The position numbers and the translations under genes are program-made. The notes under the pieces were generated by a model, which saw only the letters and a list, made by a program, of their open reading frames with translations, searched no databases and was not told where the DNA came from. A DNA stretch of 64,000 nucleotides from an uncultured Candidatus Actinomarina sp. (GTDB taxonomy: Bacteria > Actinomycetota > Acidimicrobiia > Actinomarinales > Actinomarinaceae): positions 81,592 through 145,591 of the forward strand of contig CACMQN010000001.1 in the NCBI GenBank assembly GCA_902615855.1, written 5' to 3'. The first letter of the stretch is position 1. Each line of letters begins with the position of its first letter. Positions 9,155-19,417 of this stretch are shown here, one piece after another.

Positions 9155-10050
9155 AAATCTTTTATTGAAAGAATCGCTTCAACGCAAGCATTTGGTTGAT
9201 CTTCTTGTAAAAAATGTCCGGCATTTTGAATTGTTACATGAGGCATGTCTTTGCACCCAGGAATTAACTTATAAAATGAATTTTCAACACCAGAAAATAT
9301 TGGGTCCTTATCACTAAATGCGCATAAAAATGGTTTTTTCCATTCTCTTAATATTTTCCAGGCTTCTTTATTTGGTTCCGCACTTGGAGTTCTAGGTGTC
9401 CCTGGAACTAAGTTTGGAAATTGTCTAACTCCTTGTTTGTGATCATCATCTGGAAACGGAGCATTGTATGCAGCAAGGGCATTTTCATCTATTCCTTTTG
9501 TCGTCCCATTTCTTACCTGTCCGCCAACATGAAGGTCTGGTTTTATCTGTAAAAATTCACGAAACACGGCAAACCCTTCGCTTAAAGGAGCTTTGCCAGT
9601 TGGCAGTCCTGTATTTGCAGCAACAATTTTTTCAAATCTATCGCCATACTTTGCCGCTAGTCTTAAACCTATCAAGCCACCCCAGTCTTGACAAAAAAGT
9701 GTAATATTTTTTAAATCAGTATTCTCAATAAATTGTGACATCCAATCTACAAATCCTTCATAGGAATAGTTATATCTCACTGAAAATTTATCAGATTTTC
9801 CAAATCCAGGTAAATCAGGAACAACTACTCGGTATCCATTCTCTTTCAATGGATCGATCATGTTTCTGTATAAATATCCCCAAGTAGGATTCCCATGTAA
9901 AAGAAGAACACATTCATCACTAGTTGAATTTTCATCAACAAAATGAATATCCAATTCTCCAAATTCTGATGTTACAGTTGTGAAATTTTCTTTATATTCC
10001 CAATCACTTAGATTTTCAAATAAAGTTAAATCTGTTTTTAAAACTGACAT
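9151..10050 (-). CDS. haloalkane dehalogenase-like alpha/beta hydrolase
   Basis: LLLHGNPTWGYLYRNMI, nucleophile elbow FCQDWGG, C-terminal NAGHFLQED. Strongly resembles DhlA-type (HLD-I) enzymes as recalled. Substrate is not provable from sequence. Confidence 0.65.
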   Translation of the reverse strand: MSVLKTDLTLFENLSDWEYKENFTTVTSEFGELDIHFVDENSTSDECVLLLHGNPTWGYLYRNMIDPLKENGYRVVVPDLPGFGKSDKFSVRYNYSYEGFVDWMSQFIENTDLKNITLFCQDWGGLIGLRLAAKYGDRFEKIVAANTGLPTGKAPLSEGFAVFREFLQIKPDLHVGGQVRNGTTKGIDENALAAYNAPFPDDDHKQGVRQFPNLVPGTPRTPSAEPNKEAWKILREWKKPFLCAFSDKDPIFSGVENSFYKLIPGCKDMPHVTIQNAGHFLQEDQPNACVEAILSIKDF

Positions 10051-10135
10051 GATTATATTTTAGTGACCATGATTAAAATTTTCTTATTTACTTCAAAGTA
10101 ACTATCAAGCCTAAAAAACTTAAATTAATATAAAT

Positions 10136-10765
10136 ATGATGAGAAAAACTATCAATAAGTCTCTTCCATATATTGTTGGAATAATTATCGGCATCGTAAG
10201 TTTTTTACCATTTACAAGACCAACATCTACAGCCGCATTCCTAACTGGTTTTGGGAAAGATGCTATTAAACAGTGGAATTATTATCTTGATTACGGATTA
10301 GAGTCTCAAAATATTTGGCAAAGGGCTTATGTTTCATTATTAGGATTACTACCTAGCGCTAGTCCCGAAGTTATTTATCTGCAGACAAGTTTTGATGACG
10401 GGGGAGAGTCACTGTCTGGTAATTGCAGCTACACACTATCAGGAGAAGTTCCTGATGCACGTTACTGGAGTTATGCAATTTATGGAAATGATAATTATTA
10501 TCTACAAGATCCTAATAGCTTATTTGATGAACCAACTTTTGATGATTTGTTTGCTCAAGTTACAAATGGAAGCGAGCTTACATCGATAAGTGCTGAAAAT
10601 TACATGATAAAAATAGATAATAATCTAATTAATCAAAATGGAACATTAAGTCATTTTGGAAATGATTTCACCTTAATTTATAGAATTTACGGACCTAACT
10701 TAAATTATTATGAAAATCCAATATCGATTCCTGTCGCAAGCATTATCAATGAAGGTTGTAAATGA
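10136..10765 (+). CDS. DUF1214-like membrane-anchored protein
   Basis: N-terminal TM helix. ARYWSYAIYG and LIYRIYGPN resemble DUF1214 blocks. Confidence 0.4.
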   Translation: MMRKTINKSLPYIVGIIIGIVSFLPFTRPTSTAAFLTGFGKDAIKQWNYYLDYGLESQNIWQRAYVSLLGLLPSASPEVIYLQTSFDDGGESLSGNCSYTLSGEVPDARYWSYAIYGNDNYYLQDPNSLFDEPTFDDLFAQVTNGSELTSISAENYMIKIDNNLINQNGTLSHFGNDFTLIYRIYGPNLNYYENPISIPVASIINEGCK

Positions 10766-11301
10766 AAAGTTGGACTATAAAAATTTCAATAGTTGCTATG
10801 ATCACCCACGTTTTTTTAATTTTTATGGGTCCATATATAGTTATGAATCAATTGGATAGGAATATTGCTGATGCTATCGAAAATCCCTTCGACGGCTGTG
10901 AGGATACTTATGACGGTATAATCGGATATTTAGATCAGGTTTGTATCTCTAAAAGATCCTCAACAAGAATGCCAAATTATGATTTTATGTACACCATGTG
11001 CAGATATGACTTAGCTAATGGGGATTTATTTGTATCTATGCCCGTACCAGAAGATGAACGTTACTGGGTTGTACATGTGCACAATAACAATACAACTGTT
11101 GAGTTTAAAATTAATAATTTACAAATAGAAAATGAAAGGTATGAATTTTTGGTAACAAGCTCAAATAACCAAAATGAAGAAATAAAAACTATAAAAACAA
11201 CAAATAAAGGAACAGTTTTTTGGAGACTATTAGTTAATACAGCAGATGAGATCTCTAAATTAGATGAGTTTAGAAGGACTACAGTTTGTGAATACAGATA
11301 A
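10762..11301 (+). CDS. DUF1254-like membrane-anchored protein
   Basis: N-terminal TM helix. DLFVSMPVPEDERYWVVHVHNNNT resembles the DUF1254 core. ATGA overlap with the upstream gene. Confidence 0.35.
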   Translation: MKSWTIKISIVAMITHVFLIFMGPYIVMNQLDRNIADAIENPFDGCEDTYDGIIGYLDQVCISKRSSTRMPNYDFMYTMCRYDLANGDLFVSMPVPEDERYWVVHVHNNNTTVEFKINNLQIENERYEFLVTSSNNQNEEIKTIKTTNKGTVFWRLLVNTADEISKLDEFRRTTVCEYR

Positions 11302-12526
11302 TAACTACAATCCTATTGATTTATCAAAAAGTTTTTTAACAAAAAAAACATTGCCTAATCAGGTAAGTATTCAAGAGGGTTTCAATGTTGAGTTGTTTGA
11401 AGTTAATAAAAATTTAGCTTTCATAAAAAATTTTGGAAATGTAGCTGCTTTTAAAGATGATACATCTGCATTGTTAATAGATACAGGTATGGGAGTTTCA
11501 TCTGTTCAAGTTGTAAGTAAATTAAAGGAATGGGGAATTGAAAATGTGGAATTTATTATTTATACCCATGGACATGTAGATCACGTTACTGGTACTGATT
11601 ACATCATTAATGCATTTGAGAATAGCAACACAGAAGTTATTGGTCATAAAAATATTGTTAATAGGTTTGATCGCTATAAAAAAACTATTGGATATAACGG
11701 TATTATTAACCAAAGACAGTTTGGATTACCTTCTCCGGTTTTTCCTAATGAATTTACTTATCCTGATACAACATACGATGATAGTTATGAACTTGAATTT
11801 AACAATTCCGTACTGAAGTTGTTTCACGGGAAAGGTGAAACTGATGACGCAACCTATATTTATTCAGAAAAAGACAATGCTCTATTCACAGGTGATTTTT
11901 TTATATGGTCCTTACCGAATGCTGGAAATCCATCCAAATCTCAAAGATATGTGGGTTCGTGGGGAGAAGTGCTTAAAGAAATGTCTAAATTAAATTCGGA
12001 ATATCTTTTTCCTGGTCATGGTCCATTGATCAAAGGAAAAAAAGAAATTACTAAAGTACTTCTTGATACAAGTAATTGTATGTTGTGGATTGAGGACAAT
12101 GTTTTATCATTGATGAATAGTGGACATTCTCTTCGAGAAATTCATTCAAAATTATCACTTCCTCCTGAATTTCAACAGCCATATTTAGTTTCTGTATATG
12201 ATGACTTCAAATTTCTAATTAATTCTGTATGGAGACAATATGGAGGTTGGTACTCAGGAACTCCATCGGAATTAAAACCTCCTGCTCTTGATGAAATAGG
12301 AAAAACCTATCTTGACATGGCTGGAGGAGAAGATAATTTACTTGAATTCTTAAACTCATTAGTTTCTTCAGAAAAATATAAAGAAGCGTCTGTTATTGTT
12401 GACGCCGTATATACAGTAAACAAAGAGTTATTTAGTGAGATTAAAAAAGAGATTTATTTTAATTTATCTGAACAAGAAACTTCATTAATGGCAAAAGGTA
12501 TTTATAAATTTGATCTTGATTCATGA
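11264..12526 (+). CDS. MBL-fold metallohydrolase, alkyl/aryl-sulfatase-like
   Basis: HxHxDH motif (YTHGHVDHVTG) with later His/Asp ligands (FPGHGP). Start is uncertain: ATG 11264 overlaps the upstream gene by 38 nt, and the in-frame GTG at 11288 is an alternative. Confidence 0.65.
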   Translation: MSLEGLQFVNTDNNYNPIDLSKSFLTKKTLPNQVSIQEGFNVELFEVNKNLAFIKNFGNVAAFKDDTSALLIDTGMGVSSVQVVSKLKEWGIENVEFIIYTHGHVDHVTGTDYIINAFENSNTEVIGHKNIVNRFDRYKKTIGYNGIINQRQFGLPSPVFPNEFTYPDTTYDDSYELEFNNSVLKLFHGKGETDDATYIYSEKDNALFTGDFFIWSLPNAGNPSKSQRYVGSWGEVLKEMSKLNSEYLFPGHGPLIKGKKEITKVLLDTSNCMLWIEDNVLSLMNSGHSLREIHSKLSLPPEFQQPYLVSVYDDFKFLINSVWRQYGGWYSGTPSELKPPALDEIGKTYLDMAGGEDNLLEFLNSLVSSEKYKEASVIVDAVYTVNKELFSEIKKEIYFNLSEQETSLMAKGIYKFDLDS

Positions 12527-13042
12527 TTAAAGGTCATGAATTACACTAGTAACAACACCCCAGATTTGTGCTTCACTTTTTCCATTCAACTCTATAGGCT
12601 CATAGTCTTCATTCTCAGGTTGCAAGACAACTGATGATCTTTTTTTAATATATCTTTTTACTGTTAGCTCACCATCAATTATTGCTATTACCACATTTCC
12701 ATTTTCGGCTTTGATGCTTTTATCGACTACCAAAATATCATTTGGGAATATTCCAGCGTTTATCATTGAATTTCCTGATGCCCTTACCAAAAATGTTGAT
12801 GCAGGATGTTTTACTAGATATTGGTTGAGGTCAATCTTGTCTTCTAAGTAGTCATCTGCAGGGGATGGGAAGCCTGCTGCAACTCGGTCTCCGTATAGAG
12901 GAATTTCGTAAAGGCCTTTACTTACTATTTCTGAAATGTATTTAACTTTACTTTCGGGTACGCGAATCGCTTTAGTTGCCTCGCCATACTTGCCTTGACC
13001 TCTAGGCCTTCCTGCTCCTTTTCTTGCTCCACCTTTTGGCAT
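12527..13042 (-). CDS. umuD: UmuD-like S24 self-cleaving peptidase with extended basic N-terminus
   Basis: Aligns by eye to E. coli UmuD (PLYGDRVAAGFPSPADDYLEDKIDLNQYL, ASGNSM Ser, TVKR Lys). It carries about 35 extra N-terminal residues, MPKGGARKGAGRPRGQGK... Confidence 0.8.
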   Translation of the reverse strand: MPKGGARKGAGRPRGQGKYGEATKAIRVPESKVKYISEIVSKGLYEIPLYGDRVAAGFPSPADDYLEDKIDLNQYLVKHPASTFLVRASGNSMINAGIFPNDILVVDKSIKAENGNVVIAIIDGELTVKRYIKKRSSVVLQPENEDYEPIELNGKSEAQIWGVVTSVIHDL

Positions 13043-13065
13043 AAAAATGTCTTTCTTTTATCTTA

Positions 13066-13083
13066 GAATAGTGTACAGTATTC
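13066..13083. promoter_or_regulatory. 18-nt imperfect palindrome GAATAGTGTACAGTATTC in the umuD-like/umuC divergent promoter region
   Basis: 16 of 18 positions are self-complementary. It overlaps a TAGAAT -10-like hexamer (13064..13069). It has no GAAC-N4-GTTC core. Confidence 0.4.
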
Positions 13084-13100
13084 AAAGAAATAAATAAAGA

Positions 13101-14366
13101 ATGAAAAATAAAATTTTTGCTTTAGTCGATTGTAATAACTTTTACGCATCTTGTGAGAGGGTGTTTAATCCAAAACTGGAAGGAAAACCTATCGTTGTTC
13201 TCTCAAACAACGATGGATGTATTGTTGCAAGATCAAATGAGGCAAAAGCGTTAGGCATTCCAATGGGTGCTCCACTATTTAAATATGAACAATTGATAAA
13301 GAGAAACAATGTCCATGTATTTTCATCGAACTATACATTTTATGGAGACATGTCAGCAAGAGTAATGACATCTTTACGATCAATAGTTGGAGACATCGAA
13401 ATCTATTCAATTGATGAAGCTTTTTTAGATATTAGCAAGTTTTATTATTGCGACTTAACGGAGACAGCGAATGAAATACGGAGACTAATAAAGCAGTGGA
13501 CAGGGATACCAATCTCGATTGGCATTGGACCCTCAAAAACCCTGGCAAAAGCTGCAAACAGACAAGCAAAAAAATATGAGGAATCAAATGTCTTTGATAT
13601 ACGTGAAGAGTCAGAGAGAGTACGAGTTCTAAAAGACCTCGAACTAGAAGATATATGGGGTATCTCAACAAGATGGGGTAGAAGACTAAGAAAAATTGGT
13701 ATCAATTCAGCATATGAACTCTCAACAGGAGATCCAAGACAGATACGAAAGACTCTGAGCATTGTAGGAGAGAGAATCTATCATGAGCTAAATGGCATAT
13801 CATGTATGCAAATTGAAGAAGTTAAAAATAAGAAAAACATAATTTCTTCAAAGTCGTTTGGGAAAAAAGTAACAAAAGTATATGAACTTGAAGAAGCTGT
13901 TTCAACATACGTTGCAAGAGCTTGTGAAAAGTTACGAGCTCAGAATTCAAGAGCTGGAGGTATTCACGTATTTTTAAGAACAAGTCCATTTATAGAAGAT
14001 GAAAGAAAATATAGCAATGGAATGAGCTCTTTCTTTACAATTCCAACTAGTAATACTTCAAAAATAATCAAAGAAGCGAAAAGATTAACAAATAAACTTT
14101 TTTTGCCAAATTATGAGTATCAGAAAATAGGCGTAATACTCTTGGATATATCTGATGCCAAATATGAACAGTTTAGCTTCTATGAGCATGAGAATTATGA
14201 GAGATCCGATATTCTCATGGATTCACTAGACCAGTTAAATGATAGATTTGGAAATGGAACTCTATTTATGGGAGCACAGGGAATTCAAAAAAACTGGAAA
14301 ATGCGAGCTGATAGAAAATCAGCTGCTTACACAACCAAATTGATAGACATTCCTAAAGTTGATTAA
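13101..14366 (+). CDS. umuC: Y-family DNA polymerase, UmuC-like (Pol V catalytic subunit)
   Basis: [51 protein letters not shown] and YSIDEAF are near-identical in pattern to the E. coli UmuC N-terminus. Confidence 0.9.
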   Translation: MKNKIFALVDCNNFYASCERVFNPKLEGKPIVVLSNNDGCIVARSNEAKALGIPMGAPLFKYEQLIKRNNVHVFSSNYTFYGDMSARVMTSLRSIVGDIEIYSIDEAFLDISKFYYCDLTETANEIRRLIKQWTGIPISIGIGPSKTLAKAANRQAKKYEESNVFDIREESERVRVLKDLELEDIWGISTRWGRRLRKIGINSAYELSTGDPRQIRKTLSIVGERIYHELNGISCMQIEEVKNKKNIISSKSFGKKVTKVYELEEAVSTYVARACEKLRAQNSRAGGIHVFLRTSPFIEDERKYSNGMSSFFTIPTSNTSKIIKEAKRLTNKLFLPNYEYQKIGVILLDISDAKYEQFSFYEHENYERSDILMDSLDQLNDRFGNGTLFMGAQGIQKNWKMRADRKSAAYTTKLIDIPKVD

Positions 14367-15592
14367 CTTTCGATTGTTTTCCAGAAAGATCTTGTTCTAA
14401 TAAACCAAAAAAGTCCAACGCAAAATCCTAAAGTTGGAAATATCTTAAATAAAGTTAAGACGTCATACTGAGAAGCCAAGTATCCAATAATAAGATTTGA
14501 GTTTGTAAACATTAAAAAATAAAAAGAGTAATCCAAACCTGCAATTCGTCCTCGAATATTATCAGGGGTCAAAATTTGTATACCGTAAGATGAAAAAGCC
14601 CATTGTGCACCTCCACCACAGTGACCTAGGACAAGAAGAAATGTTGTTATATATAAGCTAGGTGAGAAGGTTATTAGAAAGTAGAAAATACCCCAGATCA
14701 TTATGCAGGGACCAATAGTTGAAAGAAGTTTCTGATCTGTTTTACCAAAAAAGTACCTAAACATTACTGGCCCTATAAATGCACCAACGCCGCGAGCACT
14801 CCACATTAAACCTGCTCCAAAATCACCAGTGTTGTATATGTCTAATGAAAGTATTGTAAACAATGAAAGTAAGCCAGCAGCTGAGATACCAAACATTCCC
14901 TTTGTTACAGTTAAATAGAATATTTTTTTATCTGATAAAACAAAATTCAGTCCATCTCGAAATTTAACTCTATTGCTATTGTCAACATTTCCTGAATTTT
15001 CATTTAAGTTTGTATTAATTAGAAATACAAGGAATGCTGAAAACATAAAAGACAGAAAGTTTATGGTGAACAATTGATTTCTTGATAAAAATTCAGATAA
15101 AAATCCTCCAAGTCCAGCTCCAAGTCCAGCAGCAATTCCCCAAGTTGAGAAATTTAGTACATTTGCTTCAGGTAAATTTTCTCTTGATACTACATTTGGC
15201 AAGGCAGCGTCTGAAGCAGGCATATAAGCACAATTTACAACGCCTAAAAAGGAAAAAGAAATAAGGATAAATAATACATTGTCCGTAGATACAGAATACA
15301 TAATCAATAAGACAGCACATCCGGATAGAAATTCCGAAACAGCAATTACAACTTTTCTGTCGAATTTGTCAGCTAGATATCCTCCAAAACTACCAAGTAT
15401 GACATAGGGAGCACTTTGTACTACAAGAACAATTGAAGTTATCAGCGGACTATTGGTTAGTTCATAAATAATGCTTAAAAGTGGAACTGTTAAAAACCAG
15501 TCACCCATATAAGTTATAAACTTCGCATAGAAAAGTTTTTGAAAATCTTTATTTTTAGTTAATAAAAAAGTGTATTTCTCAAAGTTATCCAT
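14363..15592 (-). CDS. MFS transporter
   Basis: About 12 TM segments and a [11 protein letters not shown] loop motif between TM2 and TM3. Confidence 0.75.
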   Translation of the reverse strand: MDNFEKYTFLLTKNKDFQKLFYAKFITYMGDWFLTVPLLSIIYELTNSPLITSIVLVVQSAPYVILGSFGGYLADKFDRKVVIAVSEFLSGCAVLLIMYSVSTDNVLFILISFSFLGVVNCAYMPASDAALPNVVSRENLPEANVLNFSTWGIAAGLGAGLGGFLSEFLSRNQLFTINFLSFMFSAFLVFLINTNLNENSGNVDNSNRVKFRDGLNFVLSDKKIFYLTVTKGMFGISAAGLLSLFTILSLDIYNTGDFGAGLMWSARGVGAFIGPVMFRYFFGKTDQKLLSTIGPCIMIWGIFYFLITFSPSLYITTFLLVLGHCGGGAQWAFSSYGIQILTPDNIRGRIAGLDYSFYFLMFTNSNLIIGYLASQYDVLTLFKIFPTLGFCVGLFWFIRTRSFWKTIES

Positions 15593-15622
15593 GACTCATT
15601 TACTGTAACTGCTCACTGATTT

Positions 15623-16375
15623 ATGAGTGTTATAATAAATTTTATGAAAACTGTACTTATCACAGGTGGGACCAGGGGTATTGGTTTGGCAATCGCTGAA
15701 AAATATTTAAGTGATGGAGAGTCTAATGTTGTTGTTACAGGAAGAAAACCTGACACCTTAGAAGAGCTTCAAAATTCTGTAAATAACGATAACTTTCATA
15801 CAGTTATGGCAAAAGCTGATGATGAAGAAGCAGCTGATCACACTTGCAAAGAAATAAATGAAAAATTTGGATCTCTTGATATTTTGATCAACAATGCAGG
15901 AACAAATCCTGCTGGTGGAAACTTAATGGATGTTGATATGGGAGCTCTTGAAAAAACATGGGCAGTAAATCAAAAAGGTCCATTACTTTGGGCAAGAGCA
16001 GCATACAAAAATGAATTAAGTACAGCTATTATGAACATCTGTTCTGTAGCAGGATATTTTCCGTCTGATCTAATGGGGGCATATAATATTTCTAAAGCTG
16101 CTTTAATTTATATGACAAAGCAGCTTGCTTATGAATTAGCACCTGATATTAGAGTAAATGGTGTTGCTCCAGCAATTGTTAGAACAAGGCTCTCACAACT
16201 TTTATGGGAAAATGAAGAATATTCAAAAAATCTACATTTGCTTCAAAAACTTGGAGAACCAGAAGATATTGCAGAAGCGGTATACTTCCTATGCTCAGAA
16301 GAAGCTGGCTGGATAACTGGGGAAATACTAACTGTTGATGGTGGGTTTAGTATTAACGGAAATTCTTTATCTTAG
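15623..16375 (+). CDS. SDR family oxidoreductase
   Basis: TGGTRGIGLAIA cofactor motif, NNAG, YNISKAAL catalytic motif. The start may be the second ATG at 15644 (MKTVLITGG). Confidence 0.85.
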   Translation: MSVIINFMKTVLITGGTRGIGLAIAEKYLSDGESNVVVTGRKPDTLEELQNSVNNDNFHTVMAKADDEEAADHTCKEINEKFGSLDILINNAGTNPAGGNLMDVDMGALEKTWAVNQKGPLLWARAAYKNELSTAIMNICSVAGYFPSDLMGAYNISKAALIYMTKQLAYELAPDIRVNGVAPAIVRTRLSQLLWENEEYSKNLHLLQKLGEPEDIAEAVYFLCSEEAGWITGEILTVDGGFSINGNSLS

Positions 16376-16815
16376 TCATTCCAAACATTCAAACATAATT
16401 CTTCGTCAAAGTATCTATTTATATAATTTTTTCCTATAAATGTAGGTTGCTTTATGATGGCTTCTATCAGCCAAATTTTTGTACCATTAACTAAATGTCC
16501 TCCAAATGCCTTCCCATCTTTATCAGATACAGATATATGAATATGAACCAATGGTTTATTTTCAAATAATGTGATGTTTCCAAGACCGCTCAGTACCTCA
16601 AAACCACCATCAAAAAAGTGCTCTTCGTATTCTTTAGTTTCTTGGTTAAAGTAAACAACATTTAAATTTTGAACAGCACCTATAAATGAAATTTCAGCAG
16701 TCTTTATTTTATTGTTGATTGCATATTCAGTTAATGATTCGAGTAAATAGGTATCCTTATCAAATTTTACATAGTGAACTTTTTGTCTATTTACTTTATA
16801 TTTACGGGTGTACAT
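16372..16815 (-). CDS. PPC (DUF296) domain protein
   Basis: LVHIHISVSDKDGKAFGGHL resembles the PPC/DUF296 core. Lies 14 nt downstream of the SbtA-like gene on the same strand. Confidence 0.5.
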   Translation of the reverse strand: MYTRKYKVNRQKVHYVKFDKDTYLLESLTEYAINNKIKTAEISFIGAVQNLNVVYFNQETKEYEEHFFDGGFEVLSGLGNITLFENKPLVHIHISVSDKDGKAFGGHLVNGTKIWLIEAIIKQPTFIGKNYINRYFDEELCLNVWND

Positions 16816-16829
16816 TTATTACAGCTTAA

Positions 16830-17768
16830 CTAACCTATAAAATATTTTGCAAGCTCGTGATAGACGGGTATGCCAATGATTATGTTAAAAGGAAAAGTCA
16901 CACCTAAGCTCAAACCTAGATAAATTGCTGGATTTGCATCTGGAATTGCATCTTTAACTACTGCTGGAACAGCAATATAGCTTGCACTGGCCGTCAAAAC
17001 CATAAGTAATGTTGCATTTCCAATTGAAAGTGCAAAATAGTTTGATGCAAATAATGCTAAAAGAGATCCTATAAGGGGAGTGATTAATGCAAAAAGTATT
17101 AAAGTTTTACCTTTACCCTTTAACTCTTTAAGTCTTTTGGCTACACGAGTTCCCATCACAAACAAAAATAAATATAAAACATATTCAAACAAAGTATCAG
17201 TGAAGAATTCAACATTATCTGAAATTGTGCCTTGGATACTAAATCCAATTATCAGTGAGGATATTAACAATACATTTGGCACTTCTAAAAATGCTGTTTT
17301 TATTATTTCAAAATTATTTTGTCCAACGTTACGCTTTCTTGTAATTAGAAAAAGTGCCATAAAAATTGCAGGGAATTCCATTACAACGAGAACAGCAGAC
17401 ATATAGTCATCAAATGATTGAGAGTTACTTGATAAATAGGATATTGCAGTAACAAAAGTAATTGCACTTACAGAACCGTATGTGCCAGAAAGAGCAGCTG
17501 CATCATCAATATTTAAATTATTTCTTAAATATAAATAAGAAAGTATTGGAATAAGCAATGCAAAAAATATTCCAAGGGATATAGCGTTAACAACTTCGCT
17601 AGTGAATCCGTTTTGTTGCAAACTGATACCACCTTTTAGACCCAATGAAAGAAGCAAGTAATATCCTAAATATTTTGATAAAGCTGTTGGCAATGTATCG
17701 TTAAATATTCGTCCAATGATGATGCCAGAAATAAATAAAATAATTGCTGGATTAAGTATGGCTTCCAT
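16830..17768 (-). CDS. SbtA-like sodium-dependent bicarbonate transporter family permease
   Basis: Blocks AAALSGTYGSVSAITFVTA and ASASYIAVPAVVKDAIPDANPAIYLGLSLGVTFPFNI parallel the cyanobacterial SbtA blocks recalled from memory. Confidence 0.6.
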   Translation of the reverse strand: MEAILNPAIILFISGIIIGRIFNDTLPTALSKYLGYYLLLSLGLKGGISLQQNGFTSEVVNAISLGIFFALLIPILSYLYLRNNLNIDDAAALSGTYGSVSAITFVTAISYLSSNSQSFDDYMSAVLVVMEFPAIFMALFLITRKRNVGQNNFEIIKTAFLEVPNVLLISSLIIGFSIQGTISDNVEFFTDTLFEYVLYLFLFVMGTRVAKRLKELKGKGKTLILFALITPLIGSLLALFASNYFALSIGNATLLMVLTASASYIAVPAVVKDAIPDANPAIYLGLSLGVTFPFNIIIGIPVYHELAKYFIG

Positions 17769-17820
17769 TCAAATAGAAATGATAGTAAGCAAATCAATAT
17801 TTAAGAGTTTTATTAAAAAT

Positions 17821-18585
17821 TTATTTTAATTGATCAATAACTTCTTTTGCCGTATCAATATCAACTGGATTTTCAACATTTCCATCTTTTTTCAAACTTG
17901 TTCCAATAATCAAAATATCTGCAATGTTTTCATATTGATTAATGTTTGTATGATCAACTCCTGAACCAATAGCTAATTTTCCAGCAGGAACTATCCCTCT
18001 AACCTTTGTAAGGTCATCCATATTTATTTGATGACCAGTTCCATCACCCGTTACAATAACAACATCTGCACCAGCTCTGTTTATTAATTCTTCTGCATGA
18101 TTTTCTATTTTCGAACCTTCTGGTGGTACTGCGTGTTTAACAAACACATCAGCATATATTTCAATATCATTATTTAGATTCTTTTTAAAATTAGCGATTT
18201 CATGTGCTTCACCTTCAATTATTCCTTGGTCGGTAAACATCATTACATTATTTAAAACATTAATCCTTACAAAATCTGAACTCGTAGCTTCTGCAATTGA
18301 TAGAGCTGCTATTCCATCATTTCTTAAAACATTTATACCAACTTTTAAATCTGAATTTATTTCTAAATTTTGTACAACAGAAGTAAAACTTGCAAGAGTT
18401 CTTTTTGAAATATCATTTTTTTCAAATGGTACATCACCAAAATTTTCAATAATAATTCCATCAACTCCAGCAGAATATAAATTTTCTACATCTCTTTGTG
18501 CAAGCTTGGTGATCTCATCTAATCCTAAGGAATTTGACGGTGAACCCGGCAAAGCTTTTAAATGAACTACGCCATAGATGATCAT
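17821..18585 (-). CDS. BtpA/SgcQ family TIM-barrel protein
   Basis: N-terminal GVVHLKALPGSPS and IIENFGDVPF are typical BtpA family blocks. Confidence 0.65.
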   Translation of the reverse strand: MIIYGVVHLKALPGSPSNSLGLDEITKLAQRDVENLYSAGVDGIIIENFGDVPFEKNDISKRTLASFTSVVQNLEINSDLKVGINVLRNDGIAALSIAEATSSDFVRINVLNNVMMFTDQGIIEGEAHEIANFKKNLNNDIEIYADVFVKHAVPPEGSKIENHAEELINRAGADVVIVTGDGTGHQINMDDLTKVRGIVPAGKLAIGSGVDHTNINQYENIADILIIGTSLKKDGNVENPVDIDTAKEVIDQLK

Positions 18586-18588
18586 AAA

Positions 18589-19326
18589 TTAAATTTTTGC
18601 GTGCTGTAGTTTTAGATATTTTTTTGCGAAATCGCCCTCAACTGAAAGAGTTGGTTTGAATCCCTTATTTGTTCTACCAGTGACAATCCTACACCAGTCA
18701 CTTGCATTTCCTTTAATACTATTTTCAGACTTCTCATTACCAAATTGCCATGCTCTGTACTCAGGTCCAATTAATTCAACTCTCAAATCTTTAAACTTGA
18801 TTTTATTCTGTTTACTTGTATGTTCAGCATTTAGCCATCCAAATAATGCAACATGTTCAATTCTTACTGTATCTTCATAATCTTTTTTCATACTGTCATA
18901 GATATCCAAGCCATGAGCCCAAGTTTCAGCTAATTTTGTAGATGAAAATGTAAGATAATCAATTTCGTTACTCCACCATTTTATTTTTTTTCCAGGAGAT
19001 CCTTTGGCTAAATTTTCTACAACCTTTGCTCTTGAGAGTCTCCACCACTCAATAACATCTTGTGGTCTCATCTCATTACCTTTTTTTATACATTCTTTTT
19101 CAAATTTATCTAATCCTTTTGGTCCTCTGTATTTATTGAAATCAGTACCTTTCTTTTTCATTGCATTAAGCGCTAGATCTTCCAGTCCTGCTAAATAACT
19201 TACATGATTTGTTATGTTCCAATTCTTAAAGGTTGTTTTGGTATCCCAATTTCTTACAGGAATACTTTGTAAGTATTGATCTAGAAGTTGCTGTTCAGCT
19301 ACAAGACTGCTTAATAAATCTTTCAC
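18589..19326 (-). CDS. DinB/maleylpyruvate-isomerase-N-like (TIGR03084-type) protein
   Basis: N-terminal helical bundle pattern (NWNITNHVSYL). Weak call from memory. Confidence 0.35.
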   Translation of the reverse strand: MKDLLSSLVAEQQLLDQYLQSIPVRNWDTKTTFKNWNITNHVSYLAGLEDLALNAMKKKGTDFNKYRGPKGLDKFEKECIKKGNEMRPQDVIEWWRLSRAKVVENLAKGSPGKKIKWWSNEIDYLTFSSTKLAETWAHGLDIYDSMKKDYEDTVRIEHVALFGWLNAEHTSKQNKIKFKDLRVELIGPEYRAWQFGNEKSENSIKGNASDWCRIVTGRTNKGFKPTLSVEGDFAKKYLKLQHAKI

Positions 19327-19417
19327 AATTTAATTTTAATTGTGAAACTCTCTTACTCCAATAGGAACATCAAATAAAATACTTTATTTATGATTTAAAT
19401 CTACGTATTATCTATAT

